IMG/VR virus record: IMGVR_UViG_2690316195_000004
DNA: 43,035 nucleotides
Origin: a virus
Lineage: Duplodnaviria; Heunggongvirae; Uroviricota; Caudoviricetes
Direction: 5' to 3' (one strand)
The position numbers were made by a program, and so were the translations under genes. This document shows, one piece after another, positions 8,396 through 18,319 of the stretch (positions are counted from its first letter, which is position 1; each line of letters starts with the position of its first letter). The notes below the pieces were generated by a model, which was not told the DNA's origin, did not search any database, and saw nothing but the letters and a program-made list of their open reading frames with translations.

Positions 8396-9325
8396 ATGGC
8401 AAACACTGCTGAGATATTCAATTTTCCAGTGCCGGATGTGGCACAAAAGGAGCCGCGTGTGGCAGATCTCGATGATGGTTATACGCGCATTGCAAATGAG
8501 TTGCTGGAAGCTGTGATGCTGGCCGGATTAACACAGCACCAGCTTCTGGTCTTCCTGGCTGTCATGCGCAAAACATATGGCTTTAATAAAAAACTGGATT
8601 GGGTGAGCAACGAGCAACTTTCCGAGTTGACCGGGATATTGCCGCACAAGTGTTCTGCTGCAAAAAGTGTTCTGGTAAAGCGTGGGATTTTTATTCAGAG
8701 CGGGCGGAATATCGGCATTAATAATGTGGTCAGTGAATGGTCAACATTACCCGAATCAGGTAAGAAAAATAAAGTTTACCTGAAAGAGGTAAATTTACCT
8801 GAATCAGGTAAGAAAAGTTTACCCAAATCAGGTAAAGGCACTTACCCGAATCAGGTAAACACAAAAGACAAACTAACAAAAGACAATATAAAACCTTTTT
8901 CGTCCGAGAATTCTGGCGAATCCTCTGACCAACCAGAAAACGATCTTCCTGTGGAGAAACCAGATGCTGCAATTCAGAGCGGCAGCAGGTGGGGGACAGC
9001 AGAAGACCTGACCGCCGCAGAGTGGATGTTTGACATGGTGAAGACCATCGCGCCATCAGCCAGAAAACCGAATTTTGCAGGGTGGGCTAACGATATCCGC
9101 CTGATGCGTGAACGTGACGGACGTAACCACCGCGACATGTGCGTGCTGTTCCGCTGGGCATGCCAGGACAACTTCTGGTCCGGTAACGTGCTGAGTCCGG
9201 CCAAACTCCGCGACAAGTGGACCCAGCTCGAAATCAACCGAAACAAGCAACAGGCTGGCGTGACAGCCGGCAAACCAAAACTCGACCTGACGAACACTGA
9301 CTGGATTTACGGGGTGGATTTATGA
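8396..9325 (+). CDS. O: Replication initiator O
   Basis: N-terminal region similar to lambda O (VADLDDGY...RKTYGFNK), iterons embedded mid-gene, C-terminal FRWACQDNFWSGNVLSPAKLR matching the P-interacting domain; SD GGGAGG before ATG 8396. Confidence 0.85.
   Translation: MANTAEIFNFPVPDVAQKEPRVADLDDGYTRIANELLEAVMLAGLTQHQLLVFLAVMRKTYGFNKKLDWVSNEQLSELTGILPHKCSAAKSVLVKRGIFIQSGRNIGINNVVSEWSTLPESGKKNKVYLKEVNLPESGKKSLPKSGKGTYPNQVNTKDKLTKDNIKPFSSENSGESSDQPENDLPVEKPDAAIQSGSRWGTAEDLTAAEWMFDMVKTIAPSARKPNFAGWANDIRLMRERDGRNHRDMCVLFRWACQDNFWSGNVLSPAKLRDKWTQLEINRNKQQAGVTAGKPKLDLTNTDWIYGVDL
8748..8900. repeat. Replication origin: four iterons plus AT-rich region inside O
   Basis: Direct repeats TACC(C/T)(G/A)AATCAGGTAA at about 8748, 8795, 8818, 8842, then an A-rich tract. 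Confidence 0.85.
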
Positions 9326-10023
9326 AAAACATCGCCGCACAGATGGTTAACTTTGACCGTGAGCAGATGCGCCGGATCGCCAACAATATGCCGGAACAGT
9401 ACGACGAAAAGCCGCAGGTACAGCAGGTAGCGCAGATCATCAACGGTGTGTTCAGCCAGTTACTGGCAACTTTCCCTGCGAGCCTGGCTAACCGGGATCA
9501 GAACGAACTGAACGAAATCCGCCGCCAGTGGGTTCTGGCTTTCCGGGAAAACGGGATCACCACAATGGAACAGGTTAACGCAGGAATGCGCGTAGCCCGT
9601 CGGCAGAATCGACCATTCCTGCCATCACCCGGGCAGTTTGTTGCCTGGTGCCGGGAAGAAGCATCCGTTACCGCCGGGCTGCCAAACGCCAGCGAGCTGG
9701 TTGATATGGTTTACGAGTATTGCCGGAAGCGTGGCCTGTATCCGGACGCAGAGTCTTATCCATGGAAATCAAACGCGCACTACTGGCTGGTTACCAACCT
9801 GTACCAGAACATGCGGGCCAATGCGCTTACTGATGCGGAATTACGGCGCAAGGCTGCCGATGAACTGACCTATATGACAGCGCGAATTAACCGTGGTGAG
9901 ACGATACCTGAACCAGTAAAACAACTTCCTGTTATGGGCGGTAGACCTCTAAATCGTGCACAGGCTCTGGCGAAGATCGCAGAAATCAAAGCTAAGTTTG
10001 GGCTGAAAGGAGCAAGTGTATGA
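9322..10023 (+). CDS. P: Replication protein P (DnaB helicase loader)
   Basis: 233-aa ORF essentially matching lambda P as I recall it (MKNIAAQMVNFDREQMRRIANNMPEQYDEKPQVQQVAQIINGVF...). Confidence 0.95.
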   Translation: MKNIAAQMVNFDREQMRRIANNMPEQYDEKPQVQQVAQIINGVFSQLLATFPASLANRDQNELNEIRRQWVLAFRENGITTMEQVNAGMRVARRQNRPFLPSPGQFVAWCREEASVTAGLPNASELVDMVYEYCRKRGLYPDAESYPWKSNAHYWLVTNLYQNMRANALTDAELRRKAADELTYMTARINRGETIPEPVKQLPVMGGRPLNRAQALAKIAEIKAKFGLKGASV

Positions 10024-10226
10024 CGGGCAAAGAGGCAAGTATTCATTATGAGAAACTTTCTAAATTTTTTGAGCCAGATTAGTGGTCTTGGATTCAGTTT
10101 ACGTCTCAGATACTGAGAAAAATAACAATTTGTGATACATGTTAACATTATGACTTTTCAGGCTTTCACCAAATTTTTTTAAGAGTATTCTGACCCTTTC
10201 GTATCAATGCATGAACAGGAATCTAT

Positions 10227-11246
10227 ATGTGTTATAGCAATGTTACAGATCGTGATCTTATGGGGCAAATTGCTACTAAATTAAATGACTATCGAAACCC
10301 TCCTCAAGGTGGCATGAGCATTGATCATGTTAATCGATGGATTAATCAATTTGAGTTAACCGATAGGCGATTTGTCTTAGAGGAAACGGACCGATTAATG
10401 GGGATTGGATACTTCTCTGAGAGCGACTATCGCAGAGTTATTAGTAGTATCGCCAATGATGAGCAAAATGAAAGGTTCTTTCAAACCGCAGCGTTTCTCG
10501 ATATCCAGAACCAAGGCACCAGTCAATCTGAGTTTTTGGATTTGCTTCGCGAAGATTGTGTAGAAGAATTCAACGTTGTGACCAGACTGTCACAACGTCA
10601 AAGAGTTAGTTCATTCCGTGAATTTATTTACCTTGACGATGTTTCATTCTCAGGAGCTAAGGCAATCAATGATTTAACTTGGTTTATTGAGCACTTTGAA
10701 CTCCAAAATATTACAATATTGGTGTACTTTTTAGGCGGGCACACGTATTCAGCATGGAATATAAAAAAACAACTTGAACGAAAATTTGCTGATAGGAATA
10801 TTTCAGTTTGCGTTGATGGTGGTGAGTTTGCAGTTGTTGAAAATCAACGCCGAAACAGTTCGAGTTCTGAGGTTTTTTGGCCAAAAGCGCAAAGTGTATC
10901 AATACCTGAATGGGCTGACGGTCAAGTACATTATTTAGGAACATATCGTGACGGTTACGTCGCGAATAATTTTTTCCCTAATGAGCAGAGACGAGATCGT
11001 TTTGAAGCAATTATGACAAAAGTTGGGTTTGATATCCTTGGTCAGAGTCAAAATCCTTCTGATGCTATAAAGCCTTTAGGCTTTTCAACTTTCAATGGTG
11101 TTGGGTTTGGTGGAACTATCTTTACTTTCAGAAACTGCCCCAATAATACCCCTCTAGCGTACTGGTGGGGAACTTATCTTCGAACGGGAAATAGAGCTCT
11201 GGATTGTTGGTATCCACTTATGAAGCGTAATGTGTATAATCGGTGA
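10227..11246 (+). CDS. Unknown protein with phosphoribosyltransferase-like motif (candidate effector/toxin)
   Basis: 339-aa ORF in the ren/nin moron slot; FIYLDDVSFSGAK resembles the PRPP-binding motif of type I PRTases; stop overlaps the start of the NADAR gene; AT-rich. Confidence 0.55.
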   Translation: MCYSNVTDRDLMGQIATKLNDYRNPPQGGMSIDHVNRWINQFELTDRRFVLEETDRLMGIGYFSESDYRRVISSIANDEQNERFFQTAAFLDIQNQGTSQSEFLDLLREDCVEEFNVVTRLSQRQRVSSFREFIYLDDVSFSGAKAINDLTWFIEHFELQNITILVYFLGGHTYSAWNIKKQLERKFADRNISVCVDGGEFAVVENQRRNSSSSEVFWPKAQSVSIPEWADGQVHYLGTYRDGYVANNFFPNEQRRDRFEAIMTKVGFDILGQSQNPSDAIKPLGFSTFNGVGFGGTIFTFRNCPNNTPLAYWWGTYLRTGNRALDCWYPLMKRNVYNR

Positions 11247-11860
11247 TCATGAGCTATAGACTATACCTGTTTCACAACACAGTTTCTTTCAGGAAAACCA
11301 CCGAGAAATGGGGTGGTCTTTCCAACATGGCCAAAGGATATCCGCTCTTAGTTAATGGTATACCCATTCAATCGAGTGAAATTCTTTACCAAGCATGCCG
11401 ATATCCAGACTATCCAGATATCCAAAAGGCTATTATTACCCAAGGCAACCCTTATGAAGCTAAACAAACCGCCAGATCTTTCGAAGCCAAAACCCGTGCA
11501 GGTTGGGAAAAAAATCGAGTTTCGGTAATGAAATGGTGTGTCTGCGTTAAGCTTTGCCAGAACTGGGAATCGTTTTTCGCGCTCCTGGATAGCACAGGAG
11601 AGCATGACATTGTTGAGCACTCAGAGAAGGACCAATTTTGGGGGGCTAGTAAAGACTCCGAAGGTAACTTTTATGGTATGAACGTGTTAGGTCGTATCCT
11701 TATGGATGCGAGAGATGTTGCAAGAAAGAAGGGGCTTTCAGGGTTTGCTACGATACCGCCGCTACCCTTGGATAGGTTTCTTCTGCTCGGGGAGCAAATA
11801 CGTGATGTTACTTTCTCTCCACTACCGATGAATTCGGGGCAAAGCTTATCGCTTTTTTAA
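11243..11860 (+). CDS. NADAR-domain protein (YbiA-like N-glycosidase / ADP-ribosyl hydrolase)
   Basis: WGGLSNM...SSEILYQACRY...FWGASKDSEGNFYGMNVLGRILMDAR aligns with NADAR hallmark motifs; start GTG 11243 or ATG 11249, coupled to the upstream gene. Confidence 0.8.
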   Translation: MIMSYRLYLFHNTVSFRKTTEKWGGLSNMAKGYPLLVNGIPIQSSEILYQACRYPDYPDIQKAIITQGNPYEAKQTARSFEAKTRAGWEKNRVSVMKWCVCVKLCQNWESFFALLDSTGEHDIVEHSEKDQFWGASKDSEGNFYGMNVLGRILMDARDVARKKGLSGFATIPPLPLDRFLLLGEQIRDVTFSPLPMNSGQSLSLF

Positions 11861-11897
11861 TGTGGCGTTGTTCCTTTCACTGTCGTGACAGATCTGC

Positions 11898-11921
11898 AAA
11901 CCCGCTTTGGCGGGTTTTTTA
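11898..11921 (+). terminator. Rho-independent terminator after the NADAR gene
   Basis: Hairpin AAACCCGC-TTTG-GCGGGTTT followed by T-run. Confidence 0.7.
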
Positions 11922-12113
11922 TAAATTATGCAACTTATTGACTTGCTACCGATATGTCAGACTTTAACATAGCAGCTAAAATCTAGTACGAAGCCGACAA
12001 GGTAAACATTGACTTGGTGGCATCTAGTAAAGCGTACAATGAGTGCCTGAAGTTTTATTTCGAGAAGTCGATAACTTTACCTAAAGGTAGCGATCGGTAG
12101 CGATCCGGTTTAT

Positions 12114-12338
12114 TTGAAAACAGGAGGGTTGAAAGTGACGATAGAATTTGAATCTACCCCAGAAGGGGCAAGGCAGGGAATGACACATCATCAGCGAAAA
12201 ATTAGAGAACTTTTGGAAGAAGAAACTGCTATATGCGAGGACGCTCTTGAAGGTGAATACAATCAAGGTCGTCTGGATGAAATACATAAAGAGATAGCCT
12301 ATCGAGAAAGCCAAATCGAAAAATTGAAGGTTATTTGA
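12114..12338 (+). CDS. Small hypothetical acidic protein
   Basis: 74-aa ORF; SD AGGAGGG before an alternative GTG start at about 12135. Confidence 0.4.
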   Translation: MKTGGLKVTIEFESTPEGARQGMTHHQRKIRELLEEETAICEDALEGEYNQGRLDEIHKEIAYRESQIEKLKVI

Positions 12339-12535
12339 AGACATGAAAGCAATTTGATTTCCAGCTATCAACCCGCCATAATCATGTCATCGGAGCCTGA
12401 ACAACTCCGGTGACTTCTGCGCTAAACGGGGACGTTTATGCGCACATACAATCCAAACTCTCTTCTCCCTTCACAGATGCAGAAATGCACCTGCGATTTT
12501 TTGCATCCAGCGCCTGACCTCTGCGGAGGTGAAGC

Positions 12536-12991
12536 GTGAACCTACCACAAGATGGCATCAAACTGCATCGCGGTAACTTCACCGCTATCGGCCAGCAGAT
12601 CCAGCCTTATCTGGAGGACGGAAAATGCTTTCGCATGGTGCTTAAACCGTGGCGTGAGAAACGCAGTCTTTCCCAGAATGCACTCAGCCACATGTGGTAC
12701 AGCGAAATCAGTGAATACCTCATCAGCAGGGGGAAATCGTTCGCTACCGCAGCATGGGTAAAAGATGCTCTCAAACACACATACCTCGGTTATGAAACCA
12801 AGGACCTGGTTGATGTCGTAACCGGCGAAATCACTACTATCCAGTCGTTACGCCATACCTCCGATCTTGATACCGGAGAGATGTATGTCTTCCTGTGTAA
12901 GGTTGAAGCCTGGGCGATGAATATTGGCTGCCACCTGACTATTCCACAGAGCTGCGAGTTTCAGCTGCTGCGCGACAAGCAGGAGGCGTAA
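12536..12991 (+). CDS. ybcN: YbcN-like nin-region protein
   Basis: 151-aa ORF matching my recollection of DLP12 YbcN; GTG start with SD GGAGGTG. Confidence 0.7.
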   Translation: MNLPQDGIKLHRGNFTAIGQQIQPYLEDGKCFRMVLKPWREKRSLSQNALSHMWYSEISEYLISRGKSFATAAWVKDALKHTYLGYETKDLVDVVTGEITTIQSLRHTSDLDTGEMYVFLCKVEAWAMNIGCHLTIPQSCEFQLLRDKQEA

Positions 12992-13161
12992 TGGCTACAC
13001 CGCTTATTCGTGTCATGAACGGACACATCTACAGAGTACCAAATCGTCGTAAGCGTAAACCTGAGCTGAATCCATCCGAAATACCAACACTGCTCGGATA
13101 TACCGCCAGCTTGGTTGATAAAAAATGGTTGCGACTGGCAGCAAGGAGGAATCATGGCTGA
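12991..13161 (+). CDS. ninE: NinE
   Basis: 56-aa [28 protein letters not shown]..., NinE-like; SD AGGAGG upstream. Confidence 0.75.
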   Translation: MATPLIRVMNGHIYRVPNRRKRKPELNPSEIPTLLGYTASLVDKKWLRLAARRNHG

Positions 13162-13444
13162 TTTGAGAAAAGCAGCGCGTAGTCGGGAATGCCAGGTAAG
13201 AATCCCTGGCGTATGTAATGGCAACCCTGAAACGTCTGTACTGGCACATATCCGGCTGACTGGATTGTGCGGCACCGGTACCAAACCGCCAGACCTGATT
13301 GCCACCATTGCATGTTCTGCCTGCCACGACGAAATCGACCGCCGCACACATTTTGTCGATGCTGCATATGCAAAAGAATGCGCGCTGGAAGGTATGGCGA
13401 GAACACAGGTTATCTGGCTGAAAGAGGGGGTTATTAAGGCGTGA
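13154..13444 (+). CDS. ybcO: YbcO-like putative nuclease (Cys-rich, DUF1364-type)
   Basis: [34 protein letters not shown]... with conserved Cys/His; SD AGGAGG; maximal ORF begins 13115. Confidence 0.75.
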   Translation: MADLRKAARSRECQVRIPGVCNGNPETSVLAHIRLTGLCGTGTKPPDLIATIACSACHDEIDRRTHFVDAAYAKECALEGMARTQVIWLKEGVIKA

Positions 13445-13803
13445 ATACCTACAGCATCACATTACCCTGGCCTCCGAGCAATAATCGCTATTACCGCCAT
13501 AATCGCGGGCGCACGCACGTCAGCGCAGAGGGGCAGGCATACCGCGATAACGTCGCCCGAATCATTAAAAACGCAATGCTGGATATCGGCCTGGCTATGC
13601 CTGTGAAAATCCGCATTGAGTGCCACATGCCGGATCGCCGTCGCCGTGACCTGGATAATCTGCAAAAAGCCGCTTTTGACGCACTCACTAAAGCAGGTTT
13701 CTGGCTGGATGATGCTCAGGTCGTTGATTACCGCGTTGTGAAGATGCCTGTTACCAAAGGTGGGAGGCTGGAACTGACCATCACCGAAATGGGGAATGAA
13801 TGA
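13441..13803 (+). CDS. rusA: RusA Holliday-junction resolvase
   Basis: 120-aa [26 protein letters not shown]...DLDN, RusA family. Confidence 0.9.
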   Translation: MNTYSITLPWPPSNNRYYRHNRGRTHVSAEGQAYRDNVARIIKNAMLDIGLAMPVKIRIECHMPDRRRRDLDNLQKAAFDALTKAGFWLDDAQVVDYRVVKMPVTKGGRLELTITEMGNE

Positions 13804-13940
13804 TGTTTGAGTTTTATATGGCAGAACGTCTTCGCCACCGCTGGGGGCGTCTGCGCTTATATCGTTTCCCCGGTTCTGTTTTGACCGATTACCGAATACT
13901 GAAGAATTACGCCAAAACCCTGACAGGAGCAGGAGTATGA
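13800..13940 (+). CDS. ylcG: YlcG-like small protein
   Basis: 46-aa [49 protein letters not shown] overlapping the rusA stop. Confidence 0.65.
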   Translation: MMFEFYMAERLRHRWGRLRLYRFPGSVLTDYRILKNYAKTLTGAGV

Positions 13941-14025
13941 AGTCAGAGATAACAATCAACTAATACTGTTTCGTTGATTTTTGCTTGTAATTGGCGTTCT
14001 GGTCTGATTTTTGTGGAGTAAGTTG

Positions 14026-14409
14026 ATGCGTGATATTCAGATGGTTCTTGAGCGTTGGGGAGCGTGGGCGGCTAATAATCATGAAGATGTGACCTGGTCG
14101 TCCATTGCCGCCGGTTTTAAGGGATTAATTACTTCAAAAGTAAAATCTCGCCCGCAATGTTGTGACGATGACGCGATGATCATTTGCGGGTGCATGGCCC
14201 GTCTGAAAAAGAACAACAGCGATTTGCACGATTTATTAGTAGATTATTATGTAGTCGGTATGACATTCATGTCACTGGCAGGTAAGCATTGCTGCTCTGA
14301 TGGTTATATCGGGAAAAGGTTACAGAAGGCTGAGGGCATAATTGAAGGGATGTTAATGGCATTAGATATCCGGTTAGAGATGGATATCGTTGTTAATAAC
14401 TCTAATTAA
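14026..14409 (+). CDS. quuD: Late antiterminator Q (QuuD-like)
   Basis: 127-aa ORF from ATG 14026 ([22 protein letters not shown]...) with Cys-rich zinc-binding segment; precedes the lysis region. Confidence 0.85.
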   Translation: MRDIQMVLERWGAWAANNHEDVTWSSIAAGFKGLITSKVKSRPQCCDDDAMIICGCMARLKKNNSDLHDLLVDYYVVGMTFMSLAGKHCCSDGYIGKRLQKAEGIIEGMLMALDIRLEMDIVVNNSN

Positions 14410-14442
14410 TACGCCAATTATTTACTAAAAGTTATTAAAAAT

Positions 14443-14587
14443 GGGGCGTTGAAACGCCCCCAAAAATAAAGGGTAATATATAACAGAAGGTTTGTATAGT
14501 TAGAAGCAAGGTTGTGCTTCTAAAGGAAGTGGCTTGAGGGAGCCACTTATATGTTGGGGAGGCAAAGCCTCCCACAACATATCTTTT
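14443..14587. terminator. Stem-loop cluster between Q and the porin gene (putative pR'/qut/tR'; bidirectional terminator)
   Basis: Four GC hairpins (14443-14461, 14503-14520, 14529-14546, 14553-14576); the last is a 10-bp stem followed by T-rich sequence on + and lies just past the stop of the convergent porin gene. Confidence 0.5.
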
Positions 14588-14597
14588 AGTAATCAAA

Positions 14598-15680
14598 TTA
14601 GAACTGGTAAACCATACCTACAGCAACGATATCATCGGTAGCAACGCCAGATGCTTTCGTGAAATCGCTCTTATCAATCAGGTTGATTTTGTAGTCAACA
14701 AAAGTGGACATATTTTTGTTGAAGTAATAGGTTGCACCTACATCAACATATTCAACCAGGTCCTGATCACCCCAAACACCCAAGTCTTTTCCTTTAGAAT
14801 GCAGGTAAGCAACGGATGGACGCAGGCCGAAGTCGAACTGATATTGTGCAACAGCTTCGAAGTTTTGTGCTTTGTTGGCAATATGGTTATTACCAAAAAC
14901 AGTCATGTTCTGGGTTTCAGAATAGGTGGTGGCCAGATAGATGTTGTTCGCATCATATTTCAGACCAGCTGCCCATACTTCAGCATTTTGACCAGAAGCA
15001 TTCAGACCGTTGTTACCGTAGATAACCTGATTATTAGTGCGATCAGATTTAGCATAGGTTGCACCCACGCCGAATCCTTCATACTCATAAGTAGTTGAGA
15101 AACCGAAACCATCGCCATTAGCTTCAGTTACTTCATTTCGGTCATTTTTGCCCTGATACTGAGCTGCAAAGTTCAGGCCATCAACCAGACCAAAGAAGTC
15201 GTTGTTACGATAAGTTGCAACACCTGTGGTGCGACCAGTCATGAATACATCTGTTTGGGTCCAGGTATCGCCACCGAATTCTGGCAGAACGTCAGTCCAC
15301 GCACCGATGTCGTATGCTACACCGTAGTTACGGCCGTAATCGATTGAGCCGTAGTCACCGAATTTCAGGCCTGCAAATGCAAGACGGGTTTTGTCTTTGG
15401 AGGAACCTTGAGATTCAGCGCGGTTGCCTTTGAATTCATATTCCCACTGACCGAAACCAGTCAGTTGATCGTTGATTTGGGTTTCACCTTTGAAGCCAAG
15501 ACGGGCATAAGTAGTATCACCATCATCTGCATCATTAGAGGAGAAGTAGTGCTTAGCATTAACTTTCCCGTACAGATCCAGCTTGTTACTGTCTTTATTA
15601 TAAATTTCAGCTGCCTGAGCAGACATCGCCATCAGTACTGATGCAGCTACAGCAGAAATTGCCACTGTTAATTTTTTCAT
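14598..15680 (-). CDS. nmpC: Outer-membrane porin (OmpC/OmpF/NmpC family), prophage-encoded
   Basis: 360-aa ORF with signal peptide ...AMSAQA, porin motifs and C-terminal ...VYQF; between Q and holin as in DLP12. Confidence 0.9.
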   Translation of the reverse strand: MKKLTVAISAVAASVLMAMSAQAAEIYNKDSNKLDLYGKVNAKHYFSSNDADDGDTTYARLGFKGETQINDQLTGFGQWEYEFKGNRAESQGSSKDKTRLAFAGLKFGDYGSIDYGRNYGVAYDIGAWTDVLPEFGGDTWTQTDVFMTGRTTGVATYRNNDFFGLVDGLNFAAQYQGKNDRNEVTEANGDGFGFSTTYEYEGFGVGATYAKSDRTNNQVIYGNNGLNASGQNAEVWAAGLKYDANNIYLATTYSETQNMTVFGNNHIANKAQNFEAVAQYQFDFGLRPSVAYLHSKGKDLGVWGDQDLVEYVDVGATYYFNKNMSTFVDYKINLIDKSDFTKASGVATDDIVAVGMVYQF

Positions 15681-16107
15681 CGTGAGCCCTTTTTTTTGAA
15701 CTATTATTAAAAAATGATGTCACTGCGCGATAAATATTCATCTAATCAATGTGATTATTTCAAGATGTAAGTTTTAGTTTCTCATTTAATTTGTGAAGTA
15801 GATCTCTATTTTTATCTGAACTTTTTCTATCGAAACCTATTCATGGATCTTGGCTGAATAAAAATAAATCTATTAGCCAATTTATATTAACGGCTGTTAT
15901 TTATAAGTGCTCTGTAATTTGAAGGTTCAATTTAAATCGGCTAAAAATAACACTGGAAATTATTTGTTGGTTATTTGTTGAGATTTGCTTATGTATTTGT
16001 AGTGGTGTTTTCAATACTCGGTAGCATTCTCGCAAATATCATTTTGTGGTTTACGTACGTAAAAAATTGGTTATGCTGTTAAGAGTGGTTACTTCGTCAC
16101 ACAGCTT

Positions 16108-16140
16108 AAACCCGCCGTCGAGCGGGTTTTTCCATTTTTT
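16108..16140 (+). terminator. Rho-independent terminator upstream of the lysis cassette
   Basis: Hairpin AAACCCGC-CGTCGA-GCGGGTTT followed by TTTTCCATTTTTT. Confidence 0.6.
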
Positions 16141-16268
16141 GAGTCTCGATATTAGCTGATAACCCAATACCTGAGTTATTCACTGACTCCGAGTCTGTTA
16201 CGTTTCTGCTTTTTTGCGATACGTTGTATTCCCTCAATTTACACCCGCTTTGTCTGCGAGGTGGGGTT

Positions 16269-16484
16269 ATGAAATCCATGGATAAGTTAACAACGGGTGT
16301 CGCCTATGGCACCTCAGCAGGTAGTGCCGGTTACTGGTTTTTACAGCTGCTCGATAAAGTCACGCCCTCACAGTGGGCAGCAATAGGTGTGCTGGGTAGC
16401 CTGGTATTTGGCCTGCTGACGTACCTGACAAACCTTTATTTCAAGATTAAAGAAGATAAGCGCAAGGCTGCGAGAGGTGAATAA
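16269..16484 (+). CDS. essD: Holin (EssD-like)
   Basis: 71-aa [29 protein letters not shown]... with TM segment and charged C-terminus; directly precedes the endolysin. Confidence 0.85.
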
Positions 16485-16981
16485 TGCCTCCATCATTACG
16501 AAAAGCCGTTGCTGCTGCTATTGGTGGCGGAGCAATTGCTATAGCATCAGTGTTAATCACTGGCCCAAGTGGTAACGATGGTCTGGAAGGTGTCAGCTAC
16601 ATACCATACAAAGATATTGTTGGTGTATGGACTGTATGTCACGGGCATACAGGAAAAGACATCATGCTCGGTAAAACGTATACCAAAGCAGAATGCAAAG
16701 CCCTCCTGAATAAAGACCTTGCCACGGTCGCCAGACAAATTAACCCGTACATCAAAGTCGATATACCGGAAACAATGCGCGGCGCTCTTTACTCATTCGT
16801 TTACAACGTGGGTGCTGGCAATTTCAGAACATCGACGCTTCTTCGCAAAATAAACCAGGGCGATATCAAAGGCGCATGTGATCAGCTACGTCGCTGGACA
16901 TATGCTGGCGGTAAGCAATGGAAAGGTCTCATGACTCGTCGTGAGATTGAGCGTGAAATCTGTTTGTGGGGTCAGCAATGA
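16484..16981 (+). CDS. rrrD: Endolysin (phage lysozyme, SAR-type N-terminus)
   Basis: 165-aa ORF with hydrophobic N-terminal SAR-like segment and lysozyme-family core. Confidence 0.9.
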   Translation: MPPSLRKAVAAAIGGGAIAIASVLITGPSGNDGLEGVSYIPYKDIVGVWTVCHGHTGKDIMLGKTYTKAECKALLNKDLATVARQINPYIKVDIPETMRGALYSFVYNVGAGNFRTSTLLRKINQGDIKGACDQLRRWTYAGGKQWKGLMTRREIEREICLWGQQ

Positions 16982-17439
16982 ACAGAGTAACCGCGATTAT
17001 CTCCGCTCTGGTTATCTGCATCATCGTCTGCCTGTCATGGGCTGTTAATCATTACCGTGATAACGCCATTACCTACAAAGCCCAGCGCGACAAAAATGCC
17101 AGAGAACTGAAGCTGGCGAACGCGGCAATTACTGACATGCAGATGCGTCAGCGTGATGTTGCTGCGCTCGATGCAAAATACACGAAGGAGTTAGCTGATG
17201 CGAAAGCTGAAAATGATGCTCTGCGTGATGATGTTGCCGCTGGTCGTCGTCGGTTGCACATCAAAGCAGTCTGTCAGTCAGTGCGTGAAGCCACCACCGC
17301 CTCCGGCGTGGATAATGCAGCCTCCCCCCGACTGGCAGACACCGCTGAACGGGATTATTTCACCCTCAGAGAGAGGCTGATCACTATGCAAAAACAACTG
17401 GAAGGAACCCAGAAGTATATTAATGAGCAGTGCAGATAG
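16978..17439 (+). CDS. rzpD: Spanin inner-membrane subunit (Rz)
   Basis: N-terminal TM helix then coiled-coil; contains the embedded Rz1 frame. Confidence 0.85.
   Translation: MNRVTAIISALVICIIVCLSWAVNHYRDNAITYKAQRDKNARELKLANAAITDMQMRQRDVAALDAKYTKELADAKAENDALRDDVAAGRRRLHIKAVCQSVREATTASGVDNAASPRLADTAERDYFTLRERLITMQKQLEGTQKYINEQCR
17198..17380 (+). CDS. rzoD: Spanin outer-membrane lipoprotein (Rz1), embedded in Rz in another frame
   Basis: 60-aa ORF with lipobox LVVVGC and Pro-rich body. Confidence 0.8.
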   Translation: MRKLKMMLCVMMLPLVVVGCTSKQSVSQCVKPPPPPAWIMQPPPDWQTPLNGIISPSERG

Positions 17440-17470
17440 AGCTGCCCATATCGATGGGCAACTCATGCAA

Positions 17471-17764
17471 TTATTGTGAGCAATACACACGCGCTTCCAG
17501 CGGAGTATAAATGCCTAAAGTAATAAAACCGAGAAATCCATTTACGAATGTTTGCTGGGTTTCTGTTTTAACAACATTTTCTGCGCCGCCACAAATTTTG
17601 GCTGCATCAACAGTTTTCTCCTGTCCAATTCCCGAAACGAAGAAATGATGGGTGATGGTTTCCTTTGGTGTTACTGCTGTCGGTTTGTTTCCAACAGTAA
17701 ACGTCTGTTGAGCACATCCTGTAATAAGCATTGCCAGAGCGGCAGAAAACAACATTTTTTTCAT
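17471..17764 (-). CDS. bor: Bor lipoprotein (serum-resistance moron)
   Basis: MKKMLFSAALAMLITGCAQQTF... matching lambda Bor with lipobox. Confidence 0.9.
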   Translation of the reverse strand: MKKMLFSAALAMLITGCAQQTFTVGNKPTAVTPKETITHHFFVSGIGQEKTVDAAKICGGAENVVKTETQQTFVNGFLGFITLGIYTPLEARVYCSQ

Positions 17765-18124
17765 CTTATTATCCTGCATTGTTAAAAACGGCAGAATCCT
17801 ATGTGACAACAATTAAACGATAGTTAAATGGATTGATGAAAATTAAAACTATATAGGTGGATGCTCAGCCTATTGGAGGAGGGGGGGCACTCAGAATCCT
17901 GTGGAATGAAATAAACCGCTCTATCTGTCCATTACCCTTTTAGCTGCGCTGTATCGTCGCCGTATTCCCGCATTAACCATGACCGTAGCCCGACGGGGAA
18001 TTCCTTCTGCGTGAGTGTGCGGGAATAATCAAAAACGATGCACACCGGGTTTTACTGTGCTGACAGACGCAGGGTTACCCTCATAGTCGCTTTTCCGGTG
18101 CGATGGTGGAAGAAACCGGGATGT

Positions 18125-18319
18125 TCATCCATCATCACTTTGGATTGATGTATATGCTCTCTTTTCTGACGTTAGTCTCCGACGGCAGGCTTCAATGACC
18201 CAGGCTGAGAAATTCCCAGACCCTTTTTGCTCAAGAGCGATGTTAATTTGTTCAATCATTTGGTTAGGAAAGCGGATGTTGCGGGTTGTTGTTCTGCGGG
18301 TTCTGTTCTTCGTTGACAT
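18125..18319 (-). CDS. Small basic hypothetical protein (YlcI-like) near the right genome end
   Basis: 64-aa ORF MSTKNRTRRTTTRNIRFPNQMIEQINIALEQ..., Arg-rich N-terminus. Confidence 0.5.
   Translation of the reverse strand: MSTKNRTRRTTTRNIRFPNQMIEQINIALEQKGSGNFSAWVIEACRRRLTSEKRAYTSIQSDDG

Noticed and set aside
8748-8862. Direct repeats that could be mistaken for a CRISPR array or transposon ends
   Set aside because: They sit inside the O gene with the spacing and AT-rich flank of a lambda-type replication origin.
10024-10226. Possible ren-like gene or small ORF (22 codons from 10047) after P
   Set aside because: Too short and without recognisable features; the region is more likely the promoter/leader of the downstream moron.
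15681-16107. Possible small RNA or tRNA in the AT-rich region upstream of the porin gene
   Set aside because: No cloverleaf-compatible structure or conserved tRNA boxes seen by eye; most likely the porin promoter region.
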